A stretch of DNA of 64,000 nt from Candidatus Hecatella orcuttiae (GTDB lineage Archaea > Thermoproteota > Bathyarchaeia > Hecatellales > Hecatellaceae): NCBI GenBank assembly GCA_002011035.2, contig MTLY02000001.1, forward strand, positions 384,001 through 448,000, in the 5' to 3' direction. Made by a program: the position numbers and the translations under genes. Shown here in pieces: positions 36,919 to 45,963 of the stretch (position 1 is the stretch's first letter; each line of letters starts with the position of its first letter). The notes under the pieces were generated by a model that was not told the DNA's origin, searched no databases, and saw only the letters and a list, made by a program, of their open reading frames with translations.

Positions 36919-37686
36919 TTAAGGAAGAACTTTAGCAATAGCGGTCACATGCCAAGTTCTTTCACTTGGCTCGACATTCAAATTAAGAAATTCACAAAAT
37001 TTTAGAAGCTGAAAACCTGTCTCTTTTAAATAATGATTTATTTCCTCTGGAAAATAAAATCTGACTACATGTTTTTCTTTTCCGTCATATATTATAAGAT
37101 TCTCCTTAATGACTACAAAATAGTATTCTACCTCGCAAATGTGATGAAACGTATCTAACTGCGGGTCAGCAAAACGAATTACTTTTATACCATCTTTTTC
37201 CACAATTTTCACTCTTGAAGTAGGGCGAATAATTAAAACTGCAGGGCCATACCAGAAATCGAAAATAAACAGAGAGCCAGTTTTAAGGTGCCTTTTAATT
37301 TTAAGCAGAACGCCTAAAAGTTCATCACCTGCAATCACATAGTTGAGAACAGAAAACATGCAAATGCAAGCATCGAATTTTTTATTCAATTTTAATTCAC
37401 GTAAATCCATCACATTAAAATTTATTTCAACATGATTTTTGTTTGCCTTTTCTTTAGCGATTTTAATCATTTTTTCCGATAAATCTATCCCAGTTACTTT
37501 GTAGCCTCTTTTCGCTAACAAAATAGCATGATTTCCTGTTCCGCATCCTGCATCAAGTATTGTTTTTGGCATTGGATTTGAATAGCGCTTAAAAATTTCC
37601 TCTAAGAAGTCACATTCTTTCTCGTAGTTTTTGTCCAAGTAAATTATGTCATAAAAATTTCCGTAAGACTGAAAAATATCATTCAT
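36919..37686 (-). CDS. class I SAM methyltransferase, TylM1/DesVI-like sugar N-methyltransferase
   Basis: YD.IY.DKNY..E, LDAGCGTGNH, FDACICMFS, FDFWYGP; ATG 37686 preferred. Confidence 0.7.
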   Translation of the reverse strand: MNDIFQSYGNFYDIIYLDKNYEKECDFLEEIFKRYSNPMPKTILDAGCGTGNHAILLAKRGYKVTGIDLSEKMIKIAKEKANKNHVEINFNVMDLRELKLNKKFDACICMFSVLNYVIAGDELLGVLLKIKRHLKTGSLFIFDFWYGPAVLIIRPTSRVKIVEKDGIKVIRFADPQLDTFHHICEVEYYFVVIKENLIIYDGKEKHVVRFYFPEEINHYLKETGFQLLKFCEFLNLNVEPSERTWHVTAIAKVLP

Positions 37687-37696
37687 CTCGAAGTAC

Positions 37697-38680
37697 CTAT
37701 ACGAGTCTTTCCCAAGTCCAATGTTTTCCATTTTCTATGTACCATTCTATAGTACGCTTGAGCCCCTCTCGAATGTCAACCTCAGGTTCCCAGTTAATAT
37801 AGGTTTTTGCCTTTGAGTAATCGCATTGTAGCAGAGTAACATCTCGTGGCCTTAACCTCAAGTTTTCAATCTCTATTTTGATATCATCATAACCAATCAG
37901 ATTTCCTACTAGATAAGCGATTTCTTTGATAGAGTAAGTTTTGTTTGAACCTAGGTTAATTATCTCTCCATCAGGAATCTCTGCTTCCATTACATTCACG
38001 GCACCTTTTGCTATATCTTCGACATACGTGAAATCTCTCTTTGCATTTACGTTTCCAAGCTTAACAACGTTTCCTCTTGACAGTTGGGAAACGATTTCGG
38101 GTATGACATAAGGCTGAGTTTCTCTAGGTCCATAACAGTTGAAAGGCCGAAGGATTATGACGGGAATGTTATGCTCGTAATGGAAAACGAAACAGAGTCT
38201 ATCGGCAGCAAGCTTACTGACAGCATAAGTTGACAAAGGTAGTGTTGGGTGTTTCTCGTCCATAGGTACGTATTGGGCAGTTCCGTAAACTTCAGAGCTA
38301 GAGAAATGTACAATACGTTCGACATCTAACGTCTTACAAGCCATAAGAACATTCATGGTGCCCTTTACGTTCACGTCGAAAAATTTTTCAGGATTGTCAT
38401 AACAGTATGGTATAAAGGGTTCCGCTGCTAAGTGAAAGACATATTTTACTTTATGTTTCTTTATCGTGTCATATATTTTCCAGCTTAATATATCAGCATT
38501 TATGATCTGTATCGATTCATGTATTTCACTTAGGTTAGACTTATCACCATAGAGAAAATTATCATAAACAATTACATTTGCTCCTTTTTTCAATAATTCT
38601 CTTGTTAATGCTGAACCTATAAAGCCGGCACCACCTGTAACTAAGACTTTTTCTCCCTCAATATTATTAACGATCATCAA
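37697..38680 (-). CDS. NDP-sugar 4,6-dehydratase / epimerase (SDR)
   Basis: TGGAGFIG, HLAA, SSSEVYG, YAVSK, RPFN.YGP, RDFTYV, RLRPRDV. Confidence 0.85.
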   Translation of the reverse strand: MMIVNNIEGEKVLVTGGAGFIGSALTRELLKKGANVIVYDNFLYGDKSNLSEIHESIQIINADILSWKIYDTIKKHKVKYVFHLAAEPFIPYCYDNPEKFFDVNVKGTMNVLMACKTLDVERIVHFSSSEVYGTAQYVPMDEKHPTLPLSTYAVSKLAADRLCFVFHYEHNIPVIILRPFNCYGPRETQPYVIPEIVSQLSRGNVVKLGNVNAKRDFTYVEDIAKGAVNVMEAEIPDGEIINLGSNKTYSIKEIAYLVGNLIGYDDIKIEIENLRLRPRDVTLLQCDYSKAKTYINWEPEVDIREGLKRTIEWYIENGKHWTWERLV

Positions 38681-38769
38681 TTATTTTTCCTACCGTTTTA
38701 GTTTATTGTTAATTGGTTCAATTTTTCGTCTTCAACTAGATTAATAATTTACTGGGACTCTTTTGACCA

Positions 38770-39891
38770 TTAATGATCTTTTTTAATATCTTTAATCTTA
38801 TTTACAATATATTTAAGCTCTTTTTCTTTGAGTAGGGGGCTACTCGGTAAATAGAATCCGTTTCTTGCGATATAGTTAGCAACTGGACACTCATTACCTT
38901 TGACCCAACCTTTCTGAATAAAAATTTTTTGCAGATTGTAAGGAATGAATGCCTCACGTGTTTCTATACCGTGGTCTTTTAGTTTTTCCATTAGTAAATC
39001 TCTCGTAAAACCAAAGTTTTCACTATGGACCACCACATGGTACATCCAATAGACATTTTTAGCGTAAGATTTTTCGACAGGAAGTTGTAGACCTAGAACA
39101 TCTTTAAGATTTTCGGTATAATAGTGGGCAATGTGACGTTTTTTCTCAATTATTTTATCTATTTTTTTTAGCTGAGCACAGCCAATAGCAGCTTGTATAT
39201 TTGTCATCCTATAATTAAAGCCAATATCTTGATGCATAAATTTATTATTTGCTCCAAAAGCTAGGCTTTTAAGGGTACGAGCTTTATCTGCTATTTCAGA
39301 GTTGTTTGTAGTTAACATGCCTCCTTCTCCAGTAGTGATTATTTTATTTGCGTAAAAACTAAAGCAACCCACATCACCTAAGGAGCCCACTTTTTTCCCT
39401 TTATACGTAGCTCCGTGTGCTTCAGCACAGTCCTCGATAACATATAATCCATATTTTTTAGCGATCTTAAGAACAGGATCCATATCGACAGGATGACCGT
39501 AAATGTGTGCAACTAAAATGGCCTTAGTGCGTTCGCTGATTTTTTCTTCAATTAAAGCTGAGTTAATATTCCAAGTGTCAGGTTCTATGTCGATGGGGAG
39601 AGGTTTAGCATATTGATAGAGAACAGCAAAAAATGTAGCCATATTAGTGAAAGATGAAACTACAATTTCATCTTTTTGTTTGATTCCGAGTGAGGCTAAC
39701 GCTAGATGTAACGCGGCGGTTCCGCTGCTTACAGCAATACCGTAAGAGCATCCCACGTAATGCGAGAATTCTTCTTCAAATTTGCCTATATATTCTCCAT
39801 AAAGGCCTGAAATTTCTCCGCGGGAAATAGCGGAAACAACGTATTCAATTTCTTCTTCGCCCAATAACGGTTTGTATACTGGAATCTTCAT
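38770..39891 (-). CDS. DegT/DnrJ/EryC1/StrS sugar aminotransferase (perosamine-synthase-like)
   Basis: SSGTAALHLA, EDCAEAHGA, FSFYANKIITTGEGG, GFNYRMTN; ATG 39891 preferred. Confidence 0.9.
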   Translation of the reverse strand: MKIPVYKPLLGEEEIEYVVSAISRGEISGLYGEYIGKFEEEFSHYVGCSYGIAVSSGTAALHLALASLGIKQKDEIVVSSFTNMATFFAVLYQYAKPLPIDIEPDTWNINSALIEEKISERTKAILVAHIYGHPVDMDPVLKIAKKYGLYVIEDCAEAHGATYKGKKVGSLGDVGCFSFYANKIITTGEGGMLTTNNSEIADKARTLKSLAFGANNKFMHQDIGFNYRMTNIQAAIGCAQLKKIDKIIEKKRHIAHYYTENLKDVLGLQLPVEKSYAKNVYWMYHVVVHSENFGFTRDLLMEKLKDHGIETREAFIPYNLQKIFIQKGWVKGNECPVANYIARNGFYLPSSPLLKEKELKYIVNKIKDIKKDH

Positions 39892-39892
39892 C

Positions 39893-40285
39893 TTACACTC
39901 TTCCTTCAACCAGTGACTCCGACGCGCCAAGCCTGTAAGTGTCTTTTTCATAATATCGTCCCCCACGAAGCCCCTTCGTTAGGATGAGAAGTTCCGAGTC
40001 TTCCAAAGCGATTAGCGCATGTCTCTCCGTGGGGGGTGTGAAAATCAGGTCTTCAGATTTTACGATTTTAGTTTTAATTTTTCTTCCTGGCATTTGCGTT
40101 AAAAGTTTGAGTTTGCCTTTAAGGACGTAAGTATATTGAATCGATTTCTTATGATAATGATTTCCGCGAACAGTTCCTTTTTTTGACAATATGAATGTAA
40201 CATATTCTATTGGCTCATTTTCTAAGATATCAATTATCTTACCTCTTTCATCTTCAAATACAGGATTTCTTTTGAGTACTTTCAT
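39893..40285 (-). CDS. cupin-fold sugar isomerase/epimerase (FdtA/RmlC-like)
   Basis: FEDERG, RGNHYHK, H cupin motifs; ATG 40285 preferred. Confidence 0.75.
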   Translation of the reverse strand: MKVLKRNPVFEDERGKIIDILENEPIEYVTFILSKKGTVRGNHYHKKSIQYTYVLKGKLKLLTQMPGRKIKTKIVKSEDLIFTPPTERHALIALEDSELLILTKGLRGGRYYEKDTYRLGASESLVEGRV

Positions 40286-40316
40286 TTTTTCCAGCCCATA
40301 CGCGTAATAGTTTAAC

Positions 40317-41552
40317 TCAGTTAACAATACGAGGTCTAGGAATAGGAATAATGAATTTACCTCCCGCATCCTCATAATCCTTCAAGTTGTTCATTATTTC
40401 ATCAGCAAAATTCCACGCTAATAGCAATACGTAGTTTGGCATTCTTTTAATTAATTCCGAATCTGGTACAATTGGTATATGGGTTCCTGGCGTATATTTT
40501 CCTATTTTTAAAGTTGATTTTTCGGTGATAAAATCTATCGTATCTGGACCTATTTTACAGTAATTAAGCAGTGTCATTCCTTTTGCTGGCGCGCTTAACC
40601 CAGCAATACATTTACCTTCATGTTTTAGTGACTTTAACATCCATGTAAGTTCTTCTCGGTTACGTTCAACATTTCTCGCAAAATTTATTAAAGTGTCTCT
40701 TTCGTAAAACTTTTTCTCGTTTTTAAGGAATTTATGAACATTTTTAGAAACAGGATAAGTATTTTTTCTTGTTACGAAATAACGTAGTGAACCTCCATGA
40801 ATACTTATTTTTTCGACATCGAATATTTCCATTCTAAACTTATGAAACAGTACGTTCAAAGGTTTAATAGATAAATAGGATAGATGTTCATGGTATATGG
40901 TGTCATATTCTAGTTTTTCTATCAAATCGACTAAGTAAGGGGCCTCAATGATGAATACTCCCTCTTTATCTAGCAATATATCTACCGCCCTTGCTAAGGA
41001 ATGAAGATCATCTATATGAGCGACAACATTTGTTCCGGTTATGATTTTTGCTTTTCCTCTGGTCTTTACAATTTCACTTGCAACTTTTTCGTTAAAAAAG
41101 TCGTTTATAGTTTCGATACCATTTCTTCTGGCTATCTCGCAAATGTTAGGAGCTGGATCAATACCTAATACATTGGCTCCTTGGTTCTTGAAACCTTGTA
41201 GTAGCACACCAACGTTACTCCCAATGTCGATAACTAAATCTCCCGAAGAAAGACTGAATTTCGAGTATGCTGTTTTTGCTAAGGAGTGGAAGTGTTCTCT
41301 ACCAGTTTTGGTAATAGACGACTCATACGGGTAATCTTTTTGGAATAATATTCTTGGTGAAACTACGTAATTAAGTTGAACCAAAGAACAATTGTTACAG
41401 ATAAGGACTTTTAAAGGATACCATGTTTCTGGTCTATTCAACCTATCTGGGGACAAGAAAGCATCTGCCGGAGGAGTAAATCCCAGATCTAAGAACATTG
41501 TTAAGTTCTTATCACGACATATTCTACAAGTCACTTGATAATGGCTTCTCAT
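40317..41552 (-). CDS. NDP-hexose C-methyltransferase (TylC3/TcaB9/NovU family)
   Basis: N-terminal Zn site CRIC...CNNCSLVQL, DIGSNVG, NVVAH, YDTIYHEH, HGGSLR, APAKG, LAWNF. Confidence 0.88.
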   Translation of the reverse strand: MRSHYQVTCRICRDKNLTMFLDLGFTPPADAFLSPDRLNRPETWYPLKVLICNNCSLVQLNYVVSPRILFQKDYPYESSITKTGREHFHSLAKTAYSKFSLSSGDLVIDIGSNVGVLLQGFKNQGANVLGIDPAPNICEIARRNGIETINDFFNEKVASEIVKTRGKAKIITGTNVVAHIDDLHSLARAVDILLDKEGVFIIEAPYLVDLIEKLEYDTIYHEHLSYLSIKPLNVLFHKFRMEIFDVEKISIHGGSLRYFVTRKNTYPVSKNVHKFLKNEKKFYERDTLINFARNVERNREELTWMLKSLKHEGKCIAGLSAPAKGMTLLNYCKIGPDTIDFITEKSTLKIGKYTPGTHIPIVPDSELIKRMPNYVLLLAWNFADEIMNNLKDYEDAGGKFIIPIPRPRIVN

Positions 41553-42643
41553 TCGTTATTCACCAGTTCTAGATAAACATCCATCGTTTTTTTAGCTATA
41601 TTATCCCAAGATAAACAGTTTGCTTTTTGATAAGCCTTATAGGCTAACTCTTCTCTTAACGCCTCGTCTGTTAGGACATAACATATCAGTTCAGCTAATT
41701 TGTCTACATCATTCGGGAAAACGGTAATGACAGAATCACCTACTATTTCTTTTATGTCAGGAGTGTCGCTCGTTATGATCGCTTTCTTACAGGCCATTCC
41801 TTCCAGTATAGGTAGGCAAAATCCTATTTTGGAGGGCATGACTACTACATCGGCTAAATTGTAGTAGATGGGAAGTTTATCTTCTGGGATGTGCCCTAAG
41901 AATCGTATATGCTCAAGAATGCCTAAGTTTTTTGCTAATTTAATACCATCAAAAAAGAACCATTTCCCGCAGATCCAGAGTTCAACTTTCGAAAACTTCT
42001 CCACGACGGTTTTAAATGCTTCCATTAATACATCTGTGCCTTTTGCCGTGGAAAAACCTCCCACAAAGAGAACGATTTTTTTTCCTTCCTTTTTTTTAAG
42101 CATATTATTGCTTAATTTTAGAGGTCTAAAACGGTTAGTATTTACTCCATAGGAGATAATCCTAATTTTATTGGGATTCACGCCTAGAGTCGAGATAAGG
42201 TCTCGTCGAGTTACTTCAAACGGAGCAATTAATATGTCACTTCTAACGGCTATACGCGAGCATATTCTCAAATACTGAAACCGAACTGAAGCACTAAAAT
42301 TCAACTTTTTCTGATAAAAACTTGTTAACGATTCTTTAATCGGGATCAAGTCATGGAAGGTCGTAACTAGAGGGAATTTATGGAACAGTAAAGCGGCTTT
42401 AGCAAGTTGGGGTGAAGCTGCATGATAGACATCTGCTCTGACAGGTATAGTTTTTATGGGGAGGATTATTTCTTTTACGCCCCAATACAGAATATTTGAT
42501 AGAGTGCCTTGGCTCAAGATAGTTAAGTTGAAGTATCTTCTTACCCTTTCGCTCAACTCAAAACAGTATCTATCAATACCATAGCCTGTATCGGCTACAG
42601 GGTTGTTAGCTAACAAGCATACCTTGATAACGTTTCCCTCCAA
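41549..42643 (-). CDS. glycosyltransferase family 4
   Basis: TFHD, LFVG...KG, PS..GF.LP.LEGMA. Confidence 0.85.
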   Translation of the reverse strand: MEGNVIKVCLLANNPVADTGYGIDRYCFELSERVRRYFNLTILSQGTLSNILYWGVKEIILPIKTIPVRADVYHAASPQLAKAALLFHKFPLVTTFHDLIPIKESLTSFYQKKLNFSASVRFQYLRICSRIAVRSDILIAPFEVTRRDLISTLGVNPNKIRIISYGVNTNRFRPLKLSNNMLKKKEGKKIVLFVGGFSTAKGTDVLMEAFKTVVEKFSKVELWICGKWFFFDGIKLAKNLGILEHIRFLGHIPEDKLPIYYNLADVVVMPSKIGFCLPILEGMACKKAIITSDTPDIKEIVGDSVITVFPNDVDKLAELICYVLTDEALREELAYKAYQKANCLSWDNIAKKTMDVYLELVNNE

Positions 42644-42655
42644 TTAATAGTCAAT

Positions 42656-43888
42656 TTAGGTTGGCAAAGTTACTTCTCTTTTTATGATGTCTAAGATTCT
42701 TCTAACATTTTTCTCGGATGCACACATTTTCTTAATAGTTTCTCTGGCTTTTTTACCTACCTCATCTGCTGTTTTAGGATTCTCAAGTATTATCTCAAGT
42801 TTATTCGCTATTTCTTCAATATCACCCACTCCTGCAAGAAAGCCATTTTCTCCGTCGGATATAAGTTCAGAAGTCCATTTTATTCTTGTTGTAACCACTG
42901 GTTTTCCTGCCGCCATGGCTTCAATGAGCTTTATTGAAGGCGTGTCACGGTACGGTAAAGCGATGACGGTGGACGGTAACATTAATTCGTGGTACACATC
43001 ATTTACTTTGCCTATTCTTATCAAGCGAGACTCCAGCTTAAATTTTCGAATAAGCTTATTGAGGTAGTGTTCTGTTAGTCCATGGATGTTAGTAGATGCG
43101 ATTACCAACTTTGCTTGCGGGTACCGATCAATAATTTTAGAGAATGCCAAGACTAGGTCGAGTACACCTCTTCCTTGCCACAGATGCCCCAAGTACGTAA
43201 TTAAGCATTCGTGATTTCTTGCTTCCCAAGTTAAGGTCGGCAAATCCACATGCGGGTAAACTACGTATATATTGTTTCCTACGGGAATAAATTTTTGAAT
43301 GAGCCTCTTTACATAGTTTGATGAGGCTATTATCTTTGTGACATTTTTCAATCCCCATTTCTGTAGAATTTCTCTTCTGAATAACTCTCTGGGCAACGTA
43401 TTGATGAATTGGTTAATCTTGTATGTCAGGGGTATTTTATAACCCTTTAGAGTTTCACTGTCTCCCTTCCACCACATCCAGGGTTCTGTATATTCAAAGA
43501 CATAATGAACAGTCGGGATACCTGTTAACCTGCCTAGCAATGCGGCGAATACAGCTGAAAACGATGTACCACATGTATAAATCACATCCAAATTTAGCTT
43601 TCTTAAAATTCTGGCAGCTTTGGAAATTATTTCAGGAGAAAACACTCCAGAAAAATAAGATATTTCTTTGCGATCTAAAAAGGTTCGGCTAAAAGGTGTT
43701 ATTACACCTGTCAAAGAGGATATTGTATAGAGACCTCCATTTTCTACGGATGTTTTTCCTTCAGCTAACACTGTCACTTCGTTTCCTAGTTTTGCAAACC
43801 ATTCCACTTGGTTTTTTAAAAGAACCATGTACGACGGTGAGTTAGGTCTTGGTGTCAAATATGCAGATTCAAAAACCCCTATCCTCAA
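42656..43888 (-). CDS. glycosyltransferase family 4
   Basis: YLG...RG, LIEAMAAGKPVV, DGENG. Confidence 0.82.
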   Translation of the reverse strand: MRIGVFESAYLTPRPNSPSYMVLLKNQVEWFAKLGNEVTVLAEGKTSVENGGLYTISSLTGVITPFSRTFLDRKEISYFSGVFSPEIISKAARILRKLNLDVIYTCGTSFSAVFAALLGRLTGIPTVHYVFEYTEPWMWWKGDSETLKGYKIPLTYKINQFINTLPRELFRREILQKWGLKNVTKIIASSNYVKRLIQKFIPVGNNIYVVYPHVDLPTLTWEARNHECLITYLGHLWQGRGVLDLVLAFSKIIDRYPQAKLVIASTNIHGLTEHYLNKLIRKFKLESRLIRIGKVNDVYHELMLPSTVIALPYRDTPSIKLIEAMAAGKPVVTTRIKWTSELISDGENGFLAGVGDIEEIANKLEIILENPKTADEVGKKARETIKKMCASEKNVRRILDIIKREVTLPT

Positions 43889-44002
43889 AGCCGCTCACCA
43901 TTCAGAGAAAATCTGTTCTTTACATTACCTGAAAATCTTAAGATTTAATGCGTATCTCACACTCGGCACTAACAATCTTTGCATGATTTATACCAGTCAT
44001 CT

Positions 44003-44779
44003 TTATGAAGTTTTTAGTGTTTGAGGGGCTGGAACATCAATGTTTTTTGTTATCAAAACGAACTTTCTTGTGGCGTATCTTCTTAAAAATGGAAGCTGCG
44101 AAAAGAGACTGTCAAATAATTTTAGGGGCTTGAGTAATATTTCTGGAATTTTGTCGTAAAGTGTAAGACCTAATAGGAAAGCGCTTGCGGATCCTCGTAT
44201 AGACAATTCGGCGTCATTTATACAACCTTGTAGTTCTTTGAGATTAGTAAAATCTCCACGCTTTTCCTTTTGAGCCCCTATAAGCGCTAGTAAGCTTTCA
44301 CTATCATAATAGTCGAAGACCATGAAGCCTCTTGAATTTAATACTCTACTCACTTCTTTAAAGACCACGTATTTGTTTGATAGATGAGAAATTAGCCGTA
44401 TACTGATTACACCATTAAAGGAAGCTTGTTTAAACGGCAAATACCTAGCATCACCTAATACTAGATCCACATTCGGCTTCAAGCTTCTAAAAACCATATT
44501 TAAATTTTTTTTAGCCATGCTTAACATAGCCAAAGAAGAGTCAAGGCCGATATAATTATTCACGGATTTGTTGTTCATTAAATTAAATCCAAATGCACCA
44601 CTCCCTATCCCTAATTCGACGACCACCTCTTTAGAATTGACTTTTTCCATAAGTTGACTTACCGCTTTAACCTCTGTTTCTATGACCACAAGGCCGCGAA
44701 GACTGACGCGTTCTTCAATGTATTTCTTTGCTTTGCTTATTGAGGTATAAGCCTTGGAGTAGGGCTCCATCGTCTTCAA
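44003..44779 (-). CDS. class I SAM-dependent methyltransferase
   Basis: ELGIGSG, GLDSS..ML, GDARYLPF, EVSRVL..RG. Confidence 0.82.
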   Translation of the reverse strand: MKTMEPYSKAYTSISKAKKYIEERVSLRGLVVIETEVKAVSQLMEKVNSKEVVVELGIGSGAFGFNLMNNKSVNNYIGLDSSLAMLSMAKKNLNMVFRSLKPNVDLVLGDARYLPFKQASFNGVISIRLISHLSNKYVVFKEVSRVLNSRGFMVFDYYDSESLLALIGAQKEKRGDFTNLKELQGCINDAELSIRGSASAFLLGLTLYDKIPEILLKPLKLFDSLFSQLPFLRRYATRKFVLITKNIDVPAPQTLKTS

Positions 44780-44787
44780 CCTATTAG

Positions 44788-45963
44788 TTAAGCCCTTGCT
44801 ACTTCTTTAATTATTTTCAGCATTTCTTTAATGACTAAGTTCCAATTGCACATTGCCAAGATTCGTTCTCTCGCTCTTTTACCAATTTCTTGAGCTGATT
44901 CGGTGTGTAGCAAAGTCATTCTGATCTTCTGGACTAATGCCTTTATATCCATAACGTCTATAAGAAAGCCTGTTTCACCATCTTTGATAAATTCTTGAAT
45001 TCCGCCCAGCTTCGTAGTAATTACTGGTTTACCAGTAGCCATAGCCTCCAGAATAGTTAAAGGTGGATCTAAAACGTAACTTCGGAAAGGTAAACAGATA
45101 GTAGTCGAAGGCATTAAAATTTCTCGATATATATCATTACAAAAGCCTTTCCATATAATTTTTGAATTGAGGTTCAAATTGTTTATTATTCTTTCACAAT
45201 AATGTTTAGTAACGGGGTCATCCCGCGGAGAAGCTATCATTAATCTTACATTATGTTTTTCTTTAGCAACCTGTGAAAAAGCTGTTATTACATCTAGGGG
45301 ACCTCTCCACATAGCCAAAGCTCCAAAATAGGTCAGAGTATATTTCGAGGACGCAAAAATATCTGTTACTAAGTTTGGTATATAAATTCCTGGCGGTATT
45401 ATTTTTATGTTAAGAAGATTAGGGGTTATTTTTTGTAAAATACATTTAATATATTTAGACGTGACTACTAATTGAGTTACATTAGATAGACTCCATTTAA
45501 GAATAAATTTAAAAGAATGAATCTTGTTATCGAATAGATTTGGTGTTTTAATTTTTTTAAACAACATAAAAGCAGATAAAAACTCATTAATTGATGTTGG
45601 ATAATTTATTGTATCAATATGATGAATAACAGGCACGTTTGTTAATTTTTCTAAAAGTGCTGAAATAATGCTGAATGATATAGAATTGCGGACATAAATA
45701 ACATCAAATTTTTCTTTTTTAATTATTTTTGAGATTTCAATAAATGATTGTAATTTTTCATTATATAATCCTTTTTTTAAATATTTTATTTGAAAAACAT
45801 TTAAGATGTCGTTTGAAATCGGAAATTTTCCTCGTTCTGTTAATATGATAATATCAGAATGGGGAAGATGTTCCATAAGATGCAATATGGTACTGAGTAA
45901 TTGTTTATTGGTTCCATAAACAACATCCTGTAATATTCCTGGCGCAACGATTCCTATTTTCAT
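44788..45963 (-). CDS. glycosyltransferase family 4
   Basis: YFG...RG, PLTILEAMATGKPVI, DGETG; paralogous to 42656-43888 (shared LMPST). Confidence 0.82.
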   Translation of the reverse strand: MKIGIVAPGILQDVVYGTNKQLLSTILHLMEHLPHSDIIILTERGKFPISNDILNVFQIKYLKKGLYNEKLQSFIEISKIIKKEKFDVIYVRNSISFSIISALLEKLTNVPVIHHIDTINYPTSINEFLSAFMLFKKIKTPNLFDNKIHSFKFILKWSLSNVTQLVVTSKYIKCILQKITPNLLNIKIIPPGIYIPNLVTDIFASSKYTLTYFGALAMWRGPLDVITAFSQVAKEKHNVRLMIASPRDDPVTKHYCERIINNLNLNSKIIWKGFCNDIYREILMPSTTICLPFRSYVLDPPLTILEAMATGKPVITTKLGGIQEFIKDGETGFLIDVMDIKALVQKIRMTLLHTESAQEIGKRARERILAMCNWNLVIKEMLKIIKEVARA

